From Opitutales bacterium (lineage in GTDB: Bacteria > Verrucomicrobiota > Verrucomicrobiia > Opitutales > UBA2995), in the NCBI GenBank assembly GCA_965219475.1, contig CBDCNU010000007.1, positions 9,457 through 73,456 of the forward strand: 64,000 nt of DNA. The letters are read 5' to 3'. Below, in pieces: positions 1-10,894 of the stretch. Position numbers and translations under genes: made by a program. Positions within the stretch are counted from its first letter, which is position 1. Each line of letters begins with the position of its first letter. Under the pieces are notes generated by a model. The model made no database searches. It saw only the letters and a list, made by a program, of their open reading frames with translations, and was not told where the DNA came from.

Positions 1-149
1 TGTGCTTTGGGAAGAGCCGGTCAGCCAGATCGGTTTCAATGTGGAGCTCGTGCTTGGCGCAAAGTGGGATCACCTCCACGGTGGTCTCGCAACGCAGTTC
101 ACTCGAGGCAGTCTTGAGACTGCGCTTGGCACTAGGTTACTCGCAAAAC

Positions 150-2219
150 ATGAATATTGAAATCCATCAAGAGGTTACGCTTTCGGAGTTGATGCGATTG
201 GGTCTGCCGGTCACTGAGGCTTCTCGCCTGCTGAATACCGTCGAGAGGGTCCGGGAACTGGCGCCAGCAGATCAGTGGCGTGCGCTGTCCGCCGATACCC
301 TGAAGCCGAGCGTGCCGTTTCCAGTTCATCAATTGATGTTCGGCCGGATATTCAGTAGGTGGGATTCTAGTGGCGGGCCGGCGCCTGCTTGGCTGCCCGA
401 CGAGTTGACAATCTGCCGCAGCAATATCGGCCAGATGATGGAGGAATATGGCTTTGCGTGTTACGAGGATTTACACCGTTGGTCTGTGTCTAATCGAGAT
501 GCGTTTTGGAGTGCCGTGATTCGTCGCCTGGGGATCCGCTTCGAAAAAGAACCGCTAAAGATTCGTGATCTCGATAGTCCGCACGAGGCTCCGGTGTGGC
601 TGCCGGGAGCCCTATTCAACATTGCAGAGAATTGCTTCAATGGAAGCCCGGATGCCCCTGCGCTGGTTTTCCCCGGCTCGAATGATACGGTCGCCACCAT
701 GTCCGTGCGTGCCTTACAGGAACTGAGCGCACGGGTCGCCAAAGGACTGCGTGACATAGGGATGAACACCGGTGACGCCGTGGCGGTGATCATGCCAATG
801 ACTGTTGAGTCGGTGGCGATCTATCTGGGCATCGTGCTCGCCGGTTGCGTGGTGGTTTCGATTTCTGACAGTTTTGCGGCCGAGCAGATAAGGAAACGGT
901 GCGCCGCCACTGATGTGAAACTCGTGTTCACGCAAGATGTCGTTTCCCGGTCCGGGAAGAGAATCCCATTGTACGCGCGTTTCCTCGAGGCACCGGCACC
1001 GAGGATGGTGGTCGTGGAGAGCAAACCCGGTGGCGAAATGAATGCGCTGCGCCCCGATGATATGCGATGGGCGGAATTTCTGGCTGCCGAAAACGTCTTC
1101 GCGCCGGTCATGCTCGGACCTGACCGGCCCAGCAATTACTTGTTTTCCTCCGGTACGACCGGCGAACCCAAGGTTATTCCGTGGAGCCATACCACGCCGA
1201 TCAAATGTGCGGCGGACGCTATGCTCCATCATGACATTCAGGAGGGCGACATTCTCGCATGGCCGACAAATCTGGGGTGGATGATGGGGCCCTGGTTGGT
1301 TTACGCGGCTTTGGCGAATAGGGCGGCAATTGCGCTCTTCCCCGACGCGCCATCGACCCGTGAATTTGGTCGGTTTGTCGAAAATGCCGGCGTTACGATG
1401 CTCGGAGTTGTGCCAAGCTTGGTCCGCAGCTGGCGCGAGAGCCGTTGCATGGAGGGCCTGGATTGGAGCCGGATCAAGAAGTTCAGCAGCTCTGGGGAGT
1501 GCTCGAATCCGGAGGACATGCTCTATCTGATGATGTTGGCCGGATACAAACCGATCATCGAGTACTGCGGAGGAACGGAGATAGGCGGGGGGTTTTTGAC
1601 TGGGACTGTTGTGCAGGCGGCTGCTCCGGGCTACTTTTCGACTCCCGCTTTGGGAATGGAAATCGACATTGTGGACGAGAATTTGAATCCGGCACACCTT
1701 GGGGAGGTTCTCCTTGTTCCTCCATCAATCGGTTTGTCGGACAAGCTTCTCAATGCGGACAATTGGGAGGTCTACTTCAAAGGTGTTCCCAGCCGTGCTG
1801 ACGGATCCGTGCGTCGTCAACACGGGGATGAGGTTGAGGTTGTGGGCGGAGGCTATTTCCGCCATCATGGAAGAACAGACGATACGATGAATCTGGGGGG
1901 TATTAAGGTCAGTGCGGCGGAGATTGAGAGCAGCATTCTTGCCAACTGTCCTTCTATCCGGGAGGCGGCTGCGATCGCCGTGCCACAGGACGGTGGCGGG
2001 CCGGATTGCCTTGTTTTGTTCCTCGCGCCGTCAATCGATGAAGAGATGGAGGTTGGGCACTGGCCTGGGGTTGTTCAATCTAGTTTGCGAGAGCATCTCA
2101 ATCCTTTGTTTAGGGTGGCGGACGTTGTCGTCGTCAGCGAATTGCCGAGGACCGAATCGAATAAGGTGATGCGGCGAACACTTCGCTCCATGTATCACCG
2201 GACAGTGTCCGATACGTAA
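150..2219 (+). CDS. AMP-forming acyl-CoA synthetase (acetyl/acetoacetyl-CoA synthetase-like)
   Basis: AMP-binding signature SSGTTGEPKVIPWSH. ACS-type N-terminal region (WSVSNRDAFWSAV...FNIAENCF). C-terminal GGIKVSAAEIE...ESNKVMRR. The ORF is open from 39; ATG at 150 (MNIEIHQ) chosen as the likely start. Confidence 0.8.
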   Translation: MNIEIHQEVTLSELMRLGLPVTEASRLLNTVERVRELAPADQWRALSADTLKPSVPFPVHQLMFGRIFSRWDSSGGPAPAWLPDELTICRSNIGQMMEEYGFACYEDLHRWSVSNRDAFWSAVIRRLGIRFEKEPLKIRDLDSPHEAPVWLPGALFNIAENCFNGSPDAPALVFPGSNDTVATMSVRALQELSARVAKGLRDIGMNTGDAVAVIMPMTVESVAIYLGIVLAGCVVVSISDSFAAEQIRKRCAATDVKLVFTQDVVSRSGKRIPLYARFLEAPAPRMVVVESKPGGEMNALRPDDMRWAEFLAAENVFAPVMLGPDRPSNYLFSSGTTGEPKVIPWSHTTPIKCAADAMLHHDIQEGDILAWPTNLGWMMGPWLVYAALANRAAIALFPDAPSTREFGRFVENAGVTMLGVVPSLVRSWRESRCMEGLDWSRIKKFSSSGECSNPEDMLYLMMLAGYKPIIEYCGGTEIGGGFLTGTVVQAAAPGYFSTPALGMEIDIVDENLNPAHLGEVLLVPPSIGLSDKLLNADNWEVYFKGVPSRADGSVRRQHGDEVEVVGGGYFRHHGRTDDTMNLGGIKVSAAEIESSILANCPSIREAAAIAVPQDGGGPDCLVLFLAPSIDEEMEVGHWPGVVQSSLREHLNPLFRVADVVVVSELPRTESNKVMRRTLRSMYHRTVSDT

Positions 2220-2256
2220 GTGGAGACGAATACGATTTGAAAAAACCTGCAGCGCA

Positions 2257-3066
2257 ATGAACCTCATGCTCGATATCAATCCGGACCTGACAAAGAAGAC
2301 GGCCTTGGTGACGGGTTCGACCAGCGGAATCGGATGGTCGATCGCTCAGGCAGTGGCCGGAGCGGGAGCGAACGTAATGGTACATGGGCTGGGGGATCGC
2401 GATGACCGTGAACGCTTGCGTCTGACTCTATCCGGTTCCGCGAAAGGAAAGATAGCATGCCATGGAGCGGATCTTGCCGAACCAGGTGAAGTCGAGGCGC
2501 TGATTCGGGACACGAAGGCGACTCTGGGTCCGATAGATATTCTAGTCAACAATGCTGGACTGCAGCACGTGGCATCGGTGGATTCAATGCCACTAGAGCG
2601 ATGGTCGGTCATTAACCAAGTAGTCTTGCAGGCGGCGTTCCTTACAACGAAGGCCGTGATCTCAGGCATGCGGACGCGAGGATGGGGCAGGGTAATAAAC
2701 ATCGTTTCCGCCCACGGCCTCGTCGCATCGCCCTACAAAAGTGCGTATGTAGCGGCCAAGCACGGGTTGATCGGGCTCACTCGAAGCTCCGCGCTAGAGT
2801 TGGCGGAGTCGGGTGTGACTGTGAACGCGATTTGTCCGGGATATGTGAGAACGCCGCTGGTGGATTCGCAGATTAAGGCTCAGGCCGAAAGCCACCATGT
2901 GTCTGCTGATCGGGTCGTGAGGGAGGTTATTCTATCTGCTCAACCGAATAAGCGATTTGTTCCGCCAAACGAAATTGCCGCACTCCTGCTCTTTCTTTGC
3001 AGTGATTTCGCAACCTCTATCACGGGATCGGCTATCGTGATCGATGGTGGGTGGACGGCACGCTGA
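2257..3066 (+). CDS. bdhA: 3-hydroxybutyrate dehydrogenase (short-chain dehydrogenase/reductase, SDR)
   Basis: TGSTSGIG Rossmann motif, NNAG, GRVINIVSAHGLVASPYKSAYVAAKHG (YxxxK), NAICPGYVRTPLV and IDGGWTA C-terminus, all typical of BdhA-type SDRs. Confidence 0.85.
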   Translation: MNLMLDINPDLTKKTALVTGSTSGIGWSIAQAVAGAGANVMVHGLGDRDDRERLRLTLSGSAKGKIACHGADLAEPGEVEALIRDTKATLGPIDILVNNAGLQHVASVDSMPLERWSVINQVVLQAAFLTTKAVISGMRTRGWGRVINIVSAHGLVASPYKSAYVAAKHGLIGLTRSSALELAESGVTVNAICPGYVRTPLVDSQIKAQAESHHVSADRVVREVILSAQPNKRFVPPNEIAALLLFLCSDFATSITGSAIVIDGGWTAR

Positions 3067-3417
3067 GTAGGGCCTCGCTGAACTGCATCTTTTGGGAGCA
3101 GGCCGAGTATGTGGCGGATGATCTCATTGTTGAGAGTTCCGGTTTTCTCCATTCATGGCGTGCGCCCGGTCCAAACGGGGGACTCGTTCCTTCGCATTTC
3201 GGCGTTTATTCCCAAAATTCGCGCTCAGTGCCGCACCGCTCAACCGTCAGGTTTCATCGAAAATACGGCATGCCGCCGTTTTGCGTGGTTCTGATTGCCC
3301 GGCATTCTCACGGTATCGTCAATCCGATTCTATTTATCCGCCTTCTTGCTGTGTTGCGTTACGGCACCAATCGTGTCCGCAGGAGAATTTCTCGTCCGAG
3401 CATAGTCGATTTTTTTG

Positions 3418-3759
3418 TCAGCCGTCAGCGTGGTTGGCCCTCGGTTTCGATAGGTCTTCGACTCTTTGGCTGCGATCGGCTGGCTCAACACCGTCGCCTT
3501 TTGACCCACGTAGCACGATCTGGAATGATCGGCCGGTGCGGGTGACGGCAATGACTCCTCGTTTTTCCAGATCCTGGAGCCTCGCGTCCCAATAGCCGGG
3601 TGGTCGTGCTGGTAGTTTTATTCGAAGATCGCGCAACGACAACGAACCATGTTTGCGGAGCCGATCGAGCATGCGGTCACGGTCGACCGCCTCCTGTAAG
3701 CTTCGCTTTGCAGTTGGATCTTGGGCTATGAGTCGATTAACGCACTTCAACACCTCCAC
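3418..3759 (-). CDS. hypothetical protein (possible winged-helix C-terminal remnant)
   Basis: 113-aa ORF with no recognisable catalytic motif. It sits in a non-coding-looking stretch between bdhA and the 240-bp repeat. Possibly a remnant of a larger gene. Confidence 0.3.
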   Translation of the reverse strand: MEVLKCVNRLIAQDPTAKRSLQEAVDRDRMLDRLRKHGSLSLRDLRIKLPARPPGYWDARLQDLEKRGVIAVTRTGRSFQIVLRGSKGDGVEPADRSQRVEDLSKPRANHADG

Positions 3760-4038
3760 CTGCTTGTCCAGCGTCGTGTTTTTCTGTTCCTCGCAGTTTC
3801 GGCCTGCCGCTCACCCCCGATAAATCGGGGCAAGGGCGGCAGGCCTGTCTGCCACGTTTCTATTCCAAGCGTGAGGCCCTGTAGTTCACGCCGCCTCTGC
3901 GCCCTGTTCTCGCGGCGCCGGCCAAGATCCTTCGGTGGATCCCGCCAGGGACCGCTCCACGTCCTTGATCTTTTCTAGTACCGACCGGATTGACACAGGT
4001 ATCGCACCCGTGGACGTTTGGGCGGGTTTCCGCTGGAC

Positions 4039-4122
4039 CTACATTGCCGGCCCGTTCAAAGCGCCGGAACTCGGCATTTCCCGATATGCAGGACTGTCCA
4101 TGTTATTTGTAGCATCAGCCAT
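4039..4122 (-). pseudogene. 27-codon stub with an AraC-like N-terminus (araC' remnant)
   Basis: Reverse-strand ATG at 4122 gives MADATNNMDSPAY..., then a stop after 27 codons. Compare MAETANKMHNPAY at the N-terminus of the intact AraC gene (from 10020). Confidence 0.4.
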
Positions 4123-4288
4123 GGTTTCGGCGTCCGGGGTAGTCTAGACTTAGGGAGTTGGGGGCGCCGCCCACATCACCACACCAACCCTAATAACACA
4201 GCCATGGCACAACAATTATTTGACCAGAAACCTGTCTTTCGGGGCCGCACGGGGCCTGCCGAGCCCAAGATCGGGTCCGAGGAGTTCA
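4049..4288. repeat. Direct repeat copy 1 (240 bp): araC' 5' end + divergent intergenic region + first about 28 codons of degT
   Basis: Manual alignment with 10895-11138 shows about 8 substitutions plus one 4-nt indel patch. Confidence 0.9.
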
Positions 4289-5517
4289 TTTCGATCGCCA
4301 CCCGCTTCGGCTTTGACGAGGCCACCCTCGAGCGGTTTCGGGACGCCCTGCGGGACGCCCGCCTGCCCGACGGCGGGCCGAACCTGGCGCGCTACATGTG
4401 CCCGAATCCGCCCCACCCGGCCGGAGAGGATTACGAGGCGTTGGCCAGGGAGTTTTTCGGGGTGCGCTACGCGCAGGGCGTGAGTTCAGGGACCGGCTCG
4501 CTCCACGCGGCCCTGGTGGGACTCGGCGCCGGTCCGGGCACCGAGGTCATCTGTCCGGCGACGGGATTCCTGGCCACCTCGGTGGCGGCCGTCCTCGCCG
4601 GTGCGACGCCGGTGTTCTGCGATGTCGACGAGTCGATGCAGATCGACCCGGCCAAGATCGAGCCGCTGATCACCGACCGCACCGTGGCGGTGTTGCCGAC
4701 GCACCATTTCGGGATCGTCGCGGACATGGATGCGGTGGTGTCGGTGGCCCGCCGCCACAACCTGAAGGTGCTCGAGGACTGCGCCCAGTCGCCGGGCGGC
4801 AGCTTCCGCGGGCGGCTGGTGGGCACCATCGGCGATGTGGGGGCCTTCTCGGTGTCCTGCTACAAGATCATCGGCGGCGGCGAAGGAGGGCTGTTGATCA
4901 CCGATGACAAGGATCTCTTCGAACGCGCCCAGCAGTTGATCGAGTGCGGCGGGTTCTGGCGGCCCGACCGCTTCGCCGCCCCTCGCTACGAAGGCGAGCT
5001 CTTCGTCGGCAGCAACTACCGCATGTCCGAGCTCGAGGCCGCCGTCGATGTCGTCCAGCTTCGCAAGCTGCCCGGCATCGTGGCCCGCTACCGCGACAAC
5101 TTCCATCGCGTGGCAACCCGGCTTCAGCCGCGCCGCGGGATCGTCCCCCAGAAGCTCAACGACCCCGACGGGATCGTCGGATACCAGCTGCGCTTCTTCC
5201 CGGAATCCTACGAGCTGGCCGCAAGGATCGCGGACGACCTCCGCGCCGCCCGCATCCCGTTCCAGCACCGCGGCCGCGACGCCGCCCCCGACTGGCACGT
5301 CTACCGCGACATGTATCCGCTGGCCTCGCATTGGGACGCGCGCAACGCGCCCGGCGCCTGCCCGGTCGCCGAGGACCTCTTCGACCGCACCGTCGTCATC
5401 GAGATCGACCAGTGGTGGAGCCCCGGGGACGCCGCCGCCGCCGCGGAGGTCATCGACCGCGTCCTGGCCCGCCATTGCGAGGCCGACGCCGAGGCCCCGG
5501 GATGGCTGAGGGCATGA
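4204..5517 (+). CDS. DegT/DnrJ/EryC1/StrS-family PLP-dependent aminotransferase
   Basis: SSGTGSLHAALVGLG...GTEVICPATGF and the PLP-lysine region FSVSCYKIIGGGEGG. Start taken at MAQQLFDQK (4204); the ORF is open from 4018. Confidence 0.85.
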   Translation: MAQQLFDQKPVFRGRTGPAEPKIGSEEFISIATRFGFDEATLERFRDALRDARLPDGGPNLARYMCPNPPHPAGEDYEALAREFFGVRYAQGVSSGTGSLHAALVGLGAGPGTEVICPATGFLATSVAAVLAGATPVFCDVDESMQIDPAKIEPLITDRTVAVLPTHHFGIVADMDAVVSVARRHNLKVLEDCAQSPGGSFRGRLVGTIGDVGAFSVSCYKIIGGGEGGLLITDDKDLFERAQQLIECGGFWRPDRFAAPRYEGELFVGSNYRMSELEAAVDVVQLRKLPGIVARYRDNFHRVATRLQPRRGIVPQKLNDPDGIVGYQLRFFPESYELAARIADDLRAARIPFQHRGRDAAPDWHVYRDMYPLASHWDARNAPGACPVAEDLFDRTVVIEIDQWWSPGDAAAAAEVIDRVLARHCEADAEAPGWLRA

Positions 5518-5571
5518 GGTTTGGCGAGGAGATTTGAGGCCAGGGCAGAACCGGAGGTTACAGAGCAGGAC

Positions 5572-6705
5572 ATGATCATTGGAATCCCCAGGGAGACGAA
5601 GGTTCAGGAACATCGGGTGGCGATGGTGCCGGCGGCGGTCCGCGAGCTGGTCAAGCGCGGCCACCGGGCGCTGGTCGAGCGCGGAGCCGGTGGTGGCGCG
5701 AGCTATCCGGACGAGCAGTATCTGGCGGCGGGCGCGGAGATCGTGGCCGACGCGGCGGCGGTGTTCGGCGGGGCGGAGATGATCGTCAAGGTGAAGGAGC
5801 CCCAGCCGCCGGAAGTGGCGATGCTCGAGGAGCGGCACCTGCTCTTCACCTATCTGCATCTGGCGGCCGGGCGGGCCCTGACCGAGTCGCTGGTGGCCAG
5901 TGGGTGCACCGCGCTGGCCTACGAGACCTTGAAGGTGAACGGGCGGCTGCCGCTACTGGAGCCGATGAGCGAGATCGCCGGCCGGATGTCGGCGATCGTC
6001 GGGTCCTATCATCTGGCGAAGCACCGGGGTGGGCGCGGGGTCCTGCTGGGCGGCGTGCCGGGCGTGGCACCGGGGCGGGTGGTGGTCCTCGGGGGCGGAA
6101 CGGCGGGGCTGAACGCGGGGCGAGTGGCACAGGGCATCGGGGCCGACGTGACGATCCTCGAGGTGGACTTCGAGCGGATGCGCTTCCTGGACATCGCAAT
6201 GGGCGGGACCCACACGGTTTATTCCAACGAGACGAACCTCGCGGAGCTGCTGCGGCGGGTCGACCTGCTAATCGGGGCGGTGCTGGTTGTCGGCGCGGCG
6301 GCGCCGCGGCTAGTGACCCGCGAAATGCTGCGCCTGATGCCCCCGGGCAGCGTATTCGTGGACATCGCGGTCGATCAGGGCGGCTGCGCCGAGACCACCC
6401 GCCCGACGACCCACGACGACCCCACCTACGTCGAGGAGGAGGTGATGCACTACTGCGTGGCGAACATGCCGGGGGCCTACGCCCGGACCGCGACCCAGGC
6501 CCTCAACAACGTCACCCAGCGGTGGATCACGCTGATCGCCGACCACGGGCTGGAGGAGGCCTGCCGGTGCCATCCGGAACTGCTCGGCGCGGTCAATGCG
6601 GCCGGGGGGAGGCTGACCTGCGGGCCGGTCGGCGAGGCGCACGACCTGCCGGTGAGCGATCCGGCGGCGGTGGAGCCCGGACGATCAACCCCCAGCCAAT
6701 CGTGA
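5572..6705 (+). CDS. ald: alanine dehydrogenase
   Basis: [21 protein letters not shown]-terminus. [31 protein letters not shown]-binding fold. [10 protein letters not shown] and [10 protein letters not shown] motifs. Confidence 0.9.
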   Translation: MIIGIPRETKVQEHRVAMVPAAVRELVKRGHRALVERGAGGGASYPDEQYLAAGAEIVADAAAVFGGAEMIVKVKEPQPPEVAMLEERHLLFTYLHLAAGRALTESLVASGCTALAYETLKVNGRLPLLEPMSEIAGRMSAIVGSYHLAKHRGGRGVLLGGVPGVAPGRVVVLGGGTAGLNAGRVAQGIGADVTILEVDFERMRFLDIAMGGTHTVYSNETNLAELLRRVDLLIGAVLVVGAAAPRLVTREMLRLMPPGSVFVDIAVDQGGCAETTRPTTHDDPTYVEEEVMHYCVANMPGAYARTATQALNNVTQRWITLIADHGLEEACRCHPELLGAVNAAGGRLTCGPVGEAHDLPVSDPAAVEPGRSTPSQS

Positions 6706-6894
6706 TGGCCACCTGCCACCTGATCGGCACACGCTCGTGCCACCGGTGGAGACGGCGCGCCCTCCACGCTTCGCTAGCCCTGCTCCTCGTGGGGCCGGGA
6801 TTACGCTTACTTCCATCTTCCTTGCTACCGAGACCTTCCAATCCAATCTCGCCGCCGAACCGGGAGATCACACAACCATGAAAGAACCATCCTG

Positions 6895-7371
6895 ATGCCA
6901 TCCGTCCTATCCAATTTCATCGGGGGTGCCGCAATCGATTCCCTGGGAAGCGATACGGTCCCTGTACACAATCCCTCGACCGGCGAAGTTCTCGCCCAGA
7001 CGCCCTTGGGTTCGCGCGCCGACGTGGACCGCGCGGTCTCTGCGGCTGCCGTCGCTTTTCCTACATGGAGCGAAACAACGGCGGCTCGCCGCACTGAAAT
7101 TTTGTTCAAATACAAGGCGCTCCTCGAAGCCAACTTCGAGGAGCTGGCGAGACTTGTGGTGCGCGAAAACGGCAAGACCTTTCCGGAAGCGCAGGGCGAC
7201 ATCCGGCGGGGCATCGAGGTGGTCGAATTTGCCTGCGGAAGAAACCATCTGCTCAAGGGGGAGTCGCTTCCCCAACTTGCGGTCGGGATGGACGGAATCA
7301 CCACCCTCGAACCGCTGGGCGTCTGTGGCGGAATCACACCATTTAACTTACCAGCTATGGTGCCGATGTGA
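6895..7371 (+). pseudogene. aldehyde dehydrogenase (methylmalonate-semialdehyde dehydrogenase MmsA/IolA-like), N-terminal 158 codons only
   Basis: NFIGG...VHNPSTGEVLA...RAVSAAAVAFPTWS...GICGGITPFNLPAMVPM, then a stop. Full-length family members are about 500 aa. Confidence 0.75.
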
Positions 7372-7415
7372 TGGTGAATGACGGAGTAGTTGTGCAACAC
7401 TTTCGGAAGAACACA

Positions 7416-8590
7416 ATGACAACCATAAGCCATCGCTTCGATGCACCTTCCGCAATTGTCACCGGCGGCGGTTCGCGACGGCGGCTCGGCGACATTGCAC
7501 GCGAACTCTCCGCAAGGCGTGTAATCGTGGTTACCGATCCTGGCGTTGTTGCCCTCGGCGTGGCCGGCGAAATCGAGCAGATCCTCACGAGTGCGAATTG
7601 CGAGGTGAGGATTTTTCAGAGCGTGCAAGCTGATCCCACCGACCTCAACGTCGCCGACGGTGTCAAAGCGCTTGAAGAACACAAGGCTGACCTGGTCGTC
7701 GCACTCGGTGGAGGATCACCCATCGACACCGCCAAGGTAATCGCCATTCGCTCCTCAAACCCCGAACCCTTGCCGGAGTTCATGGGACTGGACAAGATCA
7801 GGCGTCCTGGCATCCCCGTCGTTGCCGTGCCTACCACCGCGGGAACGGGTAGCGAGGCAACGAAAGTCGCGGTGATCACTGACACCGGGCGCAATGTGAA
7901 AATGATGATGATGAGTACGCCACTGCTCCCGCGCGTGGCCATCGTCGACTACGAGTTGTCGCTCTCCATGCCGAAGGCACTTACCGCCGCAGTCGGAGTC
8001 GATGCGCTCACGCACGGGATCGAGGCCTACGTTTCGAAAAAGAGCAATTCCATGACCGACCCCCTCGCCCTGTCCTGTATCGATCTGGTGGGGCGACACC
8101 TCGCACGCGCGTGGGAGACCCCGGACGATCGTGAGGCCCGAAGCGGCATGATGCTGGCGGCCTGTCAGGGCGGGATGGCATTTTCTAACAGCAGCGTCTG
8201 TCTGGTGCACGGAATGAGTCGCCCCATCGGAGCGGTCTTCCACCTGCCCCACGGTCTTTCCAACGCTATCCTTTTGCCGTCCGTGACCGCCTCGCCTATT
8301 CATGGCCGTCGGCTCCGGAGCGATATGCAAGGGTGGCGCGAACCCTCGGCTGCGCGAAAGACACAACACGGGATGAAGAGGCTTGCCACGCCTTGATCGA
8401 CTACCTCGAACAACTCAACTTATCGCTGGGGCTGCCTCGGCTGTCGCGCTGCCGTGACGTTTCCCGAGCCCTATTCGACGAACAACTCAAGAAGATGGCG
8501 TCGGACGCGATCGCCTCGGGGAGCCCGGCCAACAATCCGCGTGTGCCCTCAGCTGAGGAGATCGTTAGCCTCTACGAACAGGCCTGGTGA
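7416..8590 (+). pseudogene. iron-containing (group III) alcohol dehydrogenase, split by a frameshift near 8285-8300
   Basis: GGGSPIDTAK, VPTTAGTGSE and HG...HGLSNAILLPSVTA are in one frame (ORF 7368-8396). The expected continuation ...APERYARVARTLGC...SAEEIVSLYEQAW is in another frame (ORF 8333-8590). Confidence 0.8.
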
Positions 8591-9156
8591 CCAAACCGGG
8601 AGCGAAAAAGCCAATCTTCCGACGAATGCGAGTGGAAACTTCTCATTTTTTGAAAAAGGAGCCCCGCCATGTCGAACCACAGCAGCCAACGGTGGATTCA
8701 CTGCCCGCAAGCCTGCAGCGATCCGGAGTCAGCGTATGCCAAATTCTCAACTTTGATTCGAAATGGGAACGGTTGATAGTTTTCGCCAAGAATGGGCCAC
8801 AAGGAATTGTTTGCCGATGTCTGGGAAAGAGTATGCCGCGGATAAACCCAAAAAGAAAGGAAGATTAAGAAGCCTCAACGCATTCACGTTGGTGTAGCGG
8901 GGTGATCGGGTCGAGGAGGGGGATGTTGCGATGGGAAGGCCTGAGTCCTCCGTGCCGCGGCGCGGGTCGCCGGCGGGGAACGGGGTCGTCACCGGGTGCC
9001 CGCCGCCTTCAGCGAAAAACGAACCCGTGCGTAGCGCGGAATCGTCCCGAGATCGGGCGTGAGCACTTCCGCCCACTGCAGAAACTCATCCGCGGGCGCG
9101 CCCTCATTTTCCATTTCCCGGGTTCGGGCCACCCTCTTGTGGGGGCGCGCGGCGAA

Positions 9157-10020
9157 TCAGCCGGGCTGGTTCTTCGGGGTGGTCGTGGAACCGGTGCCGA
9201 CGCGAAGGCGGCGGTAGGCCTGGGGCGGCTCGCCGGTCAGCTTTTTGAAGACCCTCGAGAGGTGGAAGGCGTCGGCGAAGCCGGTGCTGACCGAGATCTC
9301 TTCGACCGTCATGCCGGTACGCAGCAGGAGGGCCTTGGCGATCTCGACGCGCATCTGCCGCAGCACCGCCATGGGCGATCGTCCGGTGGCCCGGCTGAAT
9401 GCATGCTGGAGCCCGGAGGGGCTCAAGCATACATGGGCGGCGATATCGGCGATCCGGATTCGCTCGTGCAGATGCTGCCGCATGAACCTTTGGGCCCGAA
9501 ACACGGACTCCGGCAGTATCGACATCCGCTTCCCGACCTGGAACCATCCCTCATTGCGCGGCGCCGTGAGCAGCATCCAAACCAACAGGCAAAGGCAGCC
9601 GTGCCCGCCGAGTCCACCGACGTCTGGGGAATCCTGGATGTCCAGCAGACGTTCCAGCTGGCGCATCGCGAGTCTCTCGTGATCGGCAATCCGCCAGACC
9701 CCGCGATCACGGGCCAGGCGGCCGGCCAGCGCTTCGGAGTGCACGTCGAAGTAGACTCCGATGCTCTTGCAGGCGCCTTCGGGCACTCGTTCGTCGTGGA
9801 CGGTGCCGGGAGCGTACAGGATGCCCTCCCCGATTCCGAGGCCCATCCAGCCCGCGGGCGGGCTTTTCACCTCCATGCCCCCCGAAACGATCAGTTCGAG
9901 CAGCCAGTACTGGACCGCCTCCGTCCGCCGGGATTGGCGGTTGTCCATGGTCCACGACCCCGGCAACACAAAGGCGAGCTCGTATGCAGGATTATGCATT
10001 TTATTTGCAGTTTCAGCCAT
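9157..10020 (-). CDS. AraC-family transcriptional regulator
   Basis: C-terminal double HTH (IADIAAHVCLSPSGLQHAF...EISVSTGFADAFHLSRVFKKLTGEPPQAYRR). Start could be 10020 (MAETANK) or 10038. Confidence 0.85.
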   Translation of the reverse strand: MAETANKMHNPAYELAFVLPGSWTMDNRQSRRTEAVQYWLLELIVSGGMEVKSPPAGWMGLGIGEGILYAPGTVHDERVPEGACKSIGVYFDVHSEALAGRLARDRGVWRIADHERLAMRQLERLLDIQDSPDVGGLGGHGCLCLLVWMLLTAPRNEGWFQVGKRMSILPESVFRAQRFMRQHLHERIRIADIAAHVCLSPSGLQHAFSRATGRSPMAVLRQMRVEIAKALLLRTGMTVEEISVSTGFADAFHLSRVFKKLTGEPPQAYRRLRVGTGSTTTPKNQPG

Positions 10021-10165
10021 GGCTTCCGGATCGCGCATGTGGCAAAAAAGTATGTGTTGAGAACATCACACCGATAGACATCGATCCGCAAGTTTTTTCC
10101 GTCCTTCGCGTGCAGGATTAGACGTGTGGGCGCTCCGTCAACCTCTGAACGAACCACTACCAACG

Positions 10166-10507
10166 ATGACCCGCCTGGATGTTTGCCTCGAATGTTTCTT
10201 CACCGATCTGCGGTATGACGAGCGGATTGGCCGGATTGCCGCCCTTGGATACAATTGCGTCGAATTCTGGCACCCCGAGGGCACCTGGGACGGCGGTCAG
10301 ATCGATGCCGGCCAGCCCAAGGACGCCGCCGTGCTGCGGGACGCCTGCGAGGCGGCCGGCGTGAGCGTGGGTGGGTTCGTGATCAACGCCTGGGACGGGC
10401 TCTACGGCGGCTGCCCGGTCGATGCCGGGGACCGGCAGAAGTTCCTTGAGCAGGTCGAGCGGATGATCGACTTCGCGGGGCTGATCGGCTACGAGGCGGG
10501 GGTATGA
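10166..10507 (+). pseudogene. xylose-isomerase-like TIM-barrel (sugar phosphate isomerase/epimerase, hydroxypyruvate-isomerase-like), N-terminal about 113 codons only
   Basis: MTRLDVCLECFFTDLRYDERIGRIAALGYNCVEFW... resembles the N-terminus of this family (about 260-290 aa). It stops at 10507 and directly abuts an unrelated fragment. Confidence 0.55.
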
Positions 10508-10508
10508 A

Positions 10509-10697
10509 TACCTGCTGACCTTCGCCATCGCGGTCGCCGTCAGCCTGCTGACCCGGGCTCCCGACCCCGCGAGGGTCGAGCCCTTCATCTGGCGCAGGAG
10601 CCTGATCCGAGTCGGCGACGAGGCCGTCAAACCGCGGTTCTGGCTCAGGCAGTGGCCGTGGTTCGCCGCCGCCACGGCCATCTTCCTGTTCTGGTAG
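10509..10697 (+). pseudogene. C-terminal tail fragment of a sodium:solute-symporter-like membrane protein (no start codon)
   Basis: Hand translation gives YLLTFAIAVAVSLLTRAPDPARVEPFIWRRS...WPWFAAATAIFLFW, then a stop. This resembles the last transmembrane helices and tail of sodium:solute symporters. No upstream body is present. Confidence 0.4.
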
Positions 10698-10894
10698 CGT
10701 GCCTATTACTTCAACCAGGGGTGCGTCTGTATGACAGTGGAGCACTTGTCCGAGATGGCCGCGGGCATGAGCAATAGGAGACGCCGGTTAGATTGTGAAA
10801 TCACTTTCGAACCCGCTTCCAAGACATGAACGAAATAATTTAGGACAAGCGAGATAACTACACCCACGCCGCGAATTCGCCTGGTCGTTGGCCA

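Noticed and set aside
4486-5859. 457-aa minus-strand ORF. Similar long ORFs occur at 5904-6881 (+), 6825-7682 (-), 8902-10077 (+), 4398-4907 and 4944-5537.
   Set aside because: They overlap well-supported genes (degT, ald, araC, ALDH/ADH) on the opposite strand or in other frames of very GC-rich DNA. Their translations are Arg/Pro/Gly/Ala-rich low-complexity sequence with no motifs, typical of shadow ORFs.
8590-9156. Possible additional gene between the Fe-ADH remnant and araC (ORFs 8587-8868, 8747-9076, and a 41-codon minus-strand ORF MENEGAPADEFLQWAEVLTPDLGTIPRYARVRFSLKAAGTR).
   Set aside because: No motif was recognised, the ORFs overlap each other, and they are consistent with non-coding or decayed DNA in a GC-rich background.
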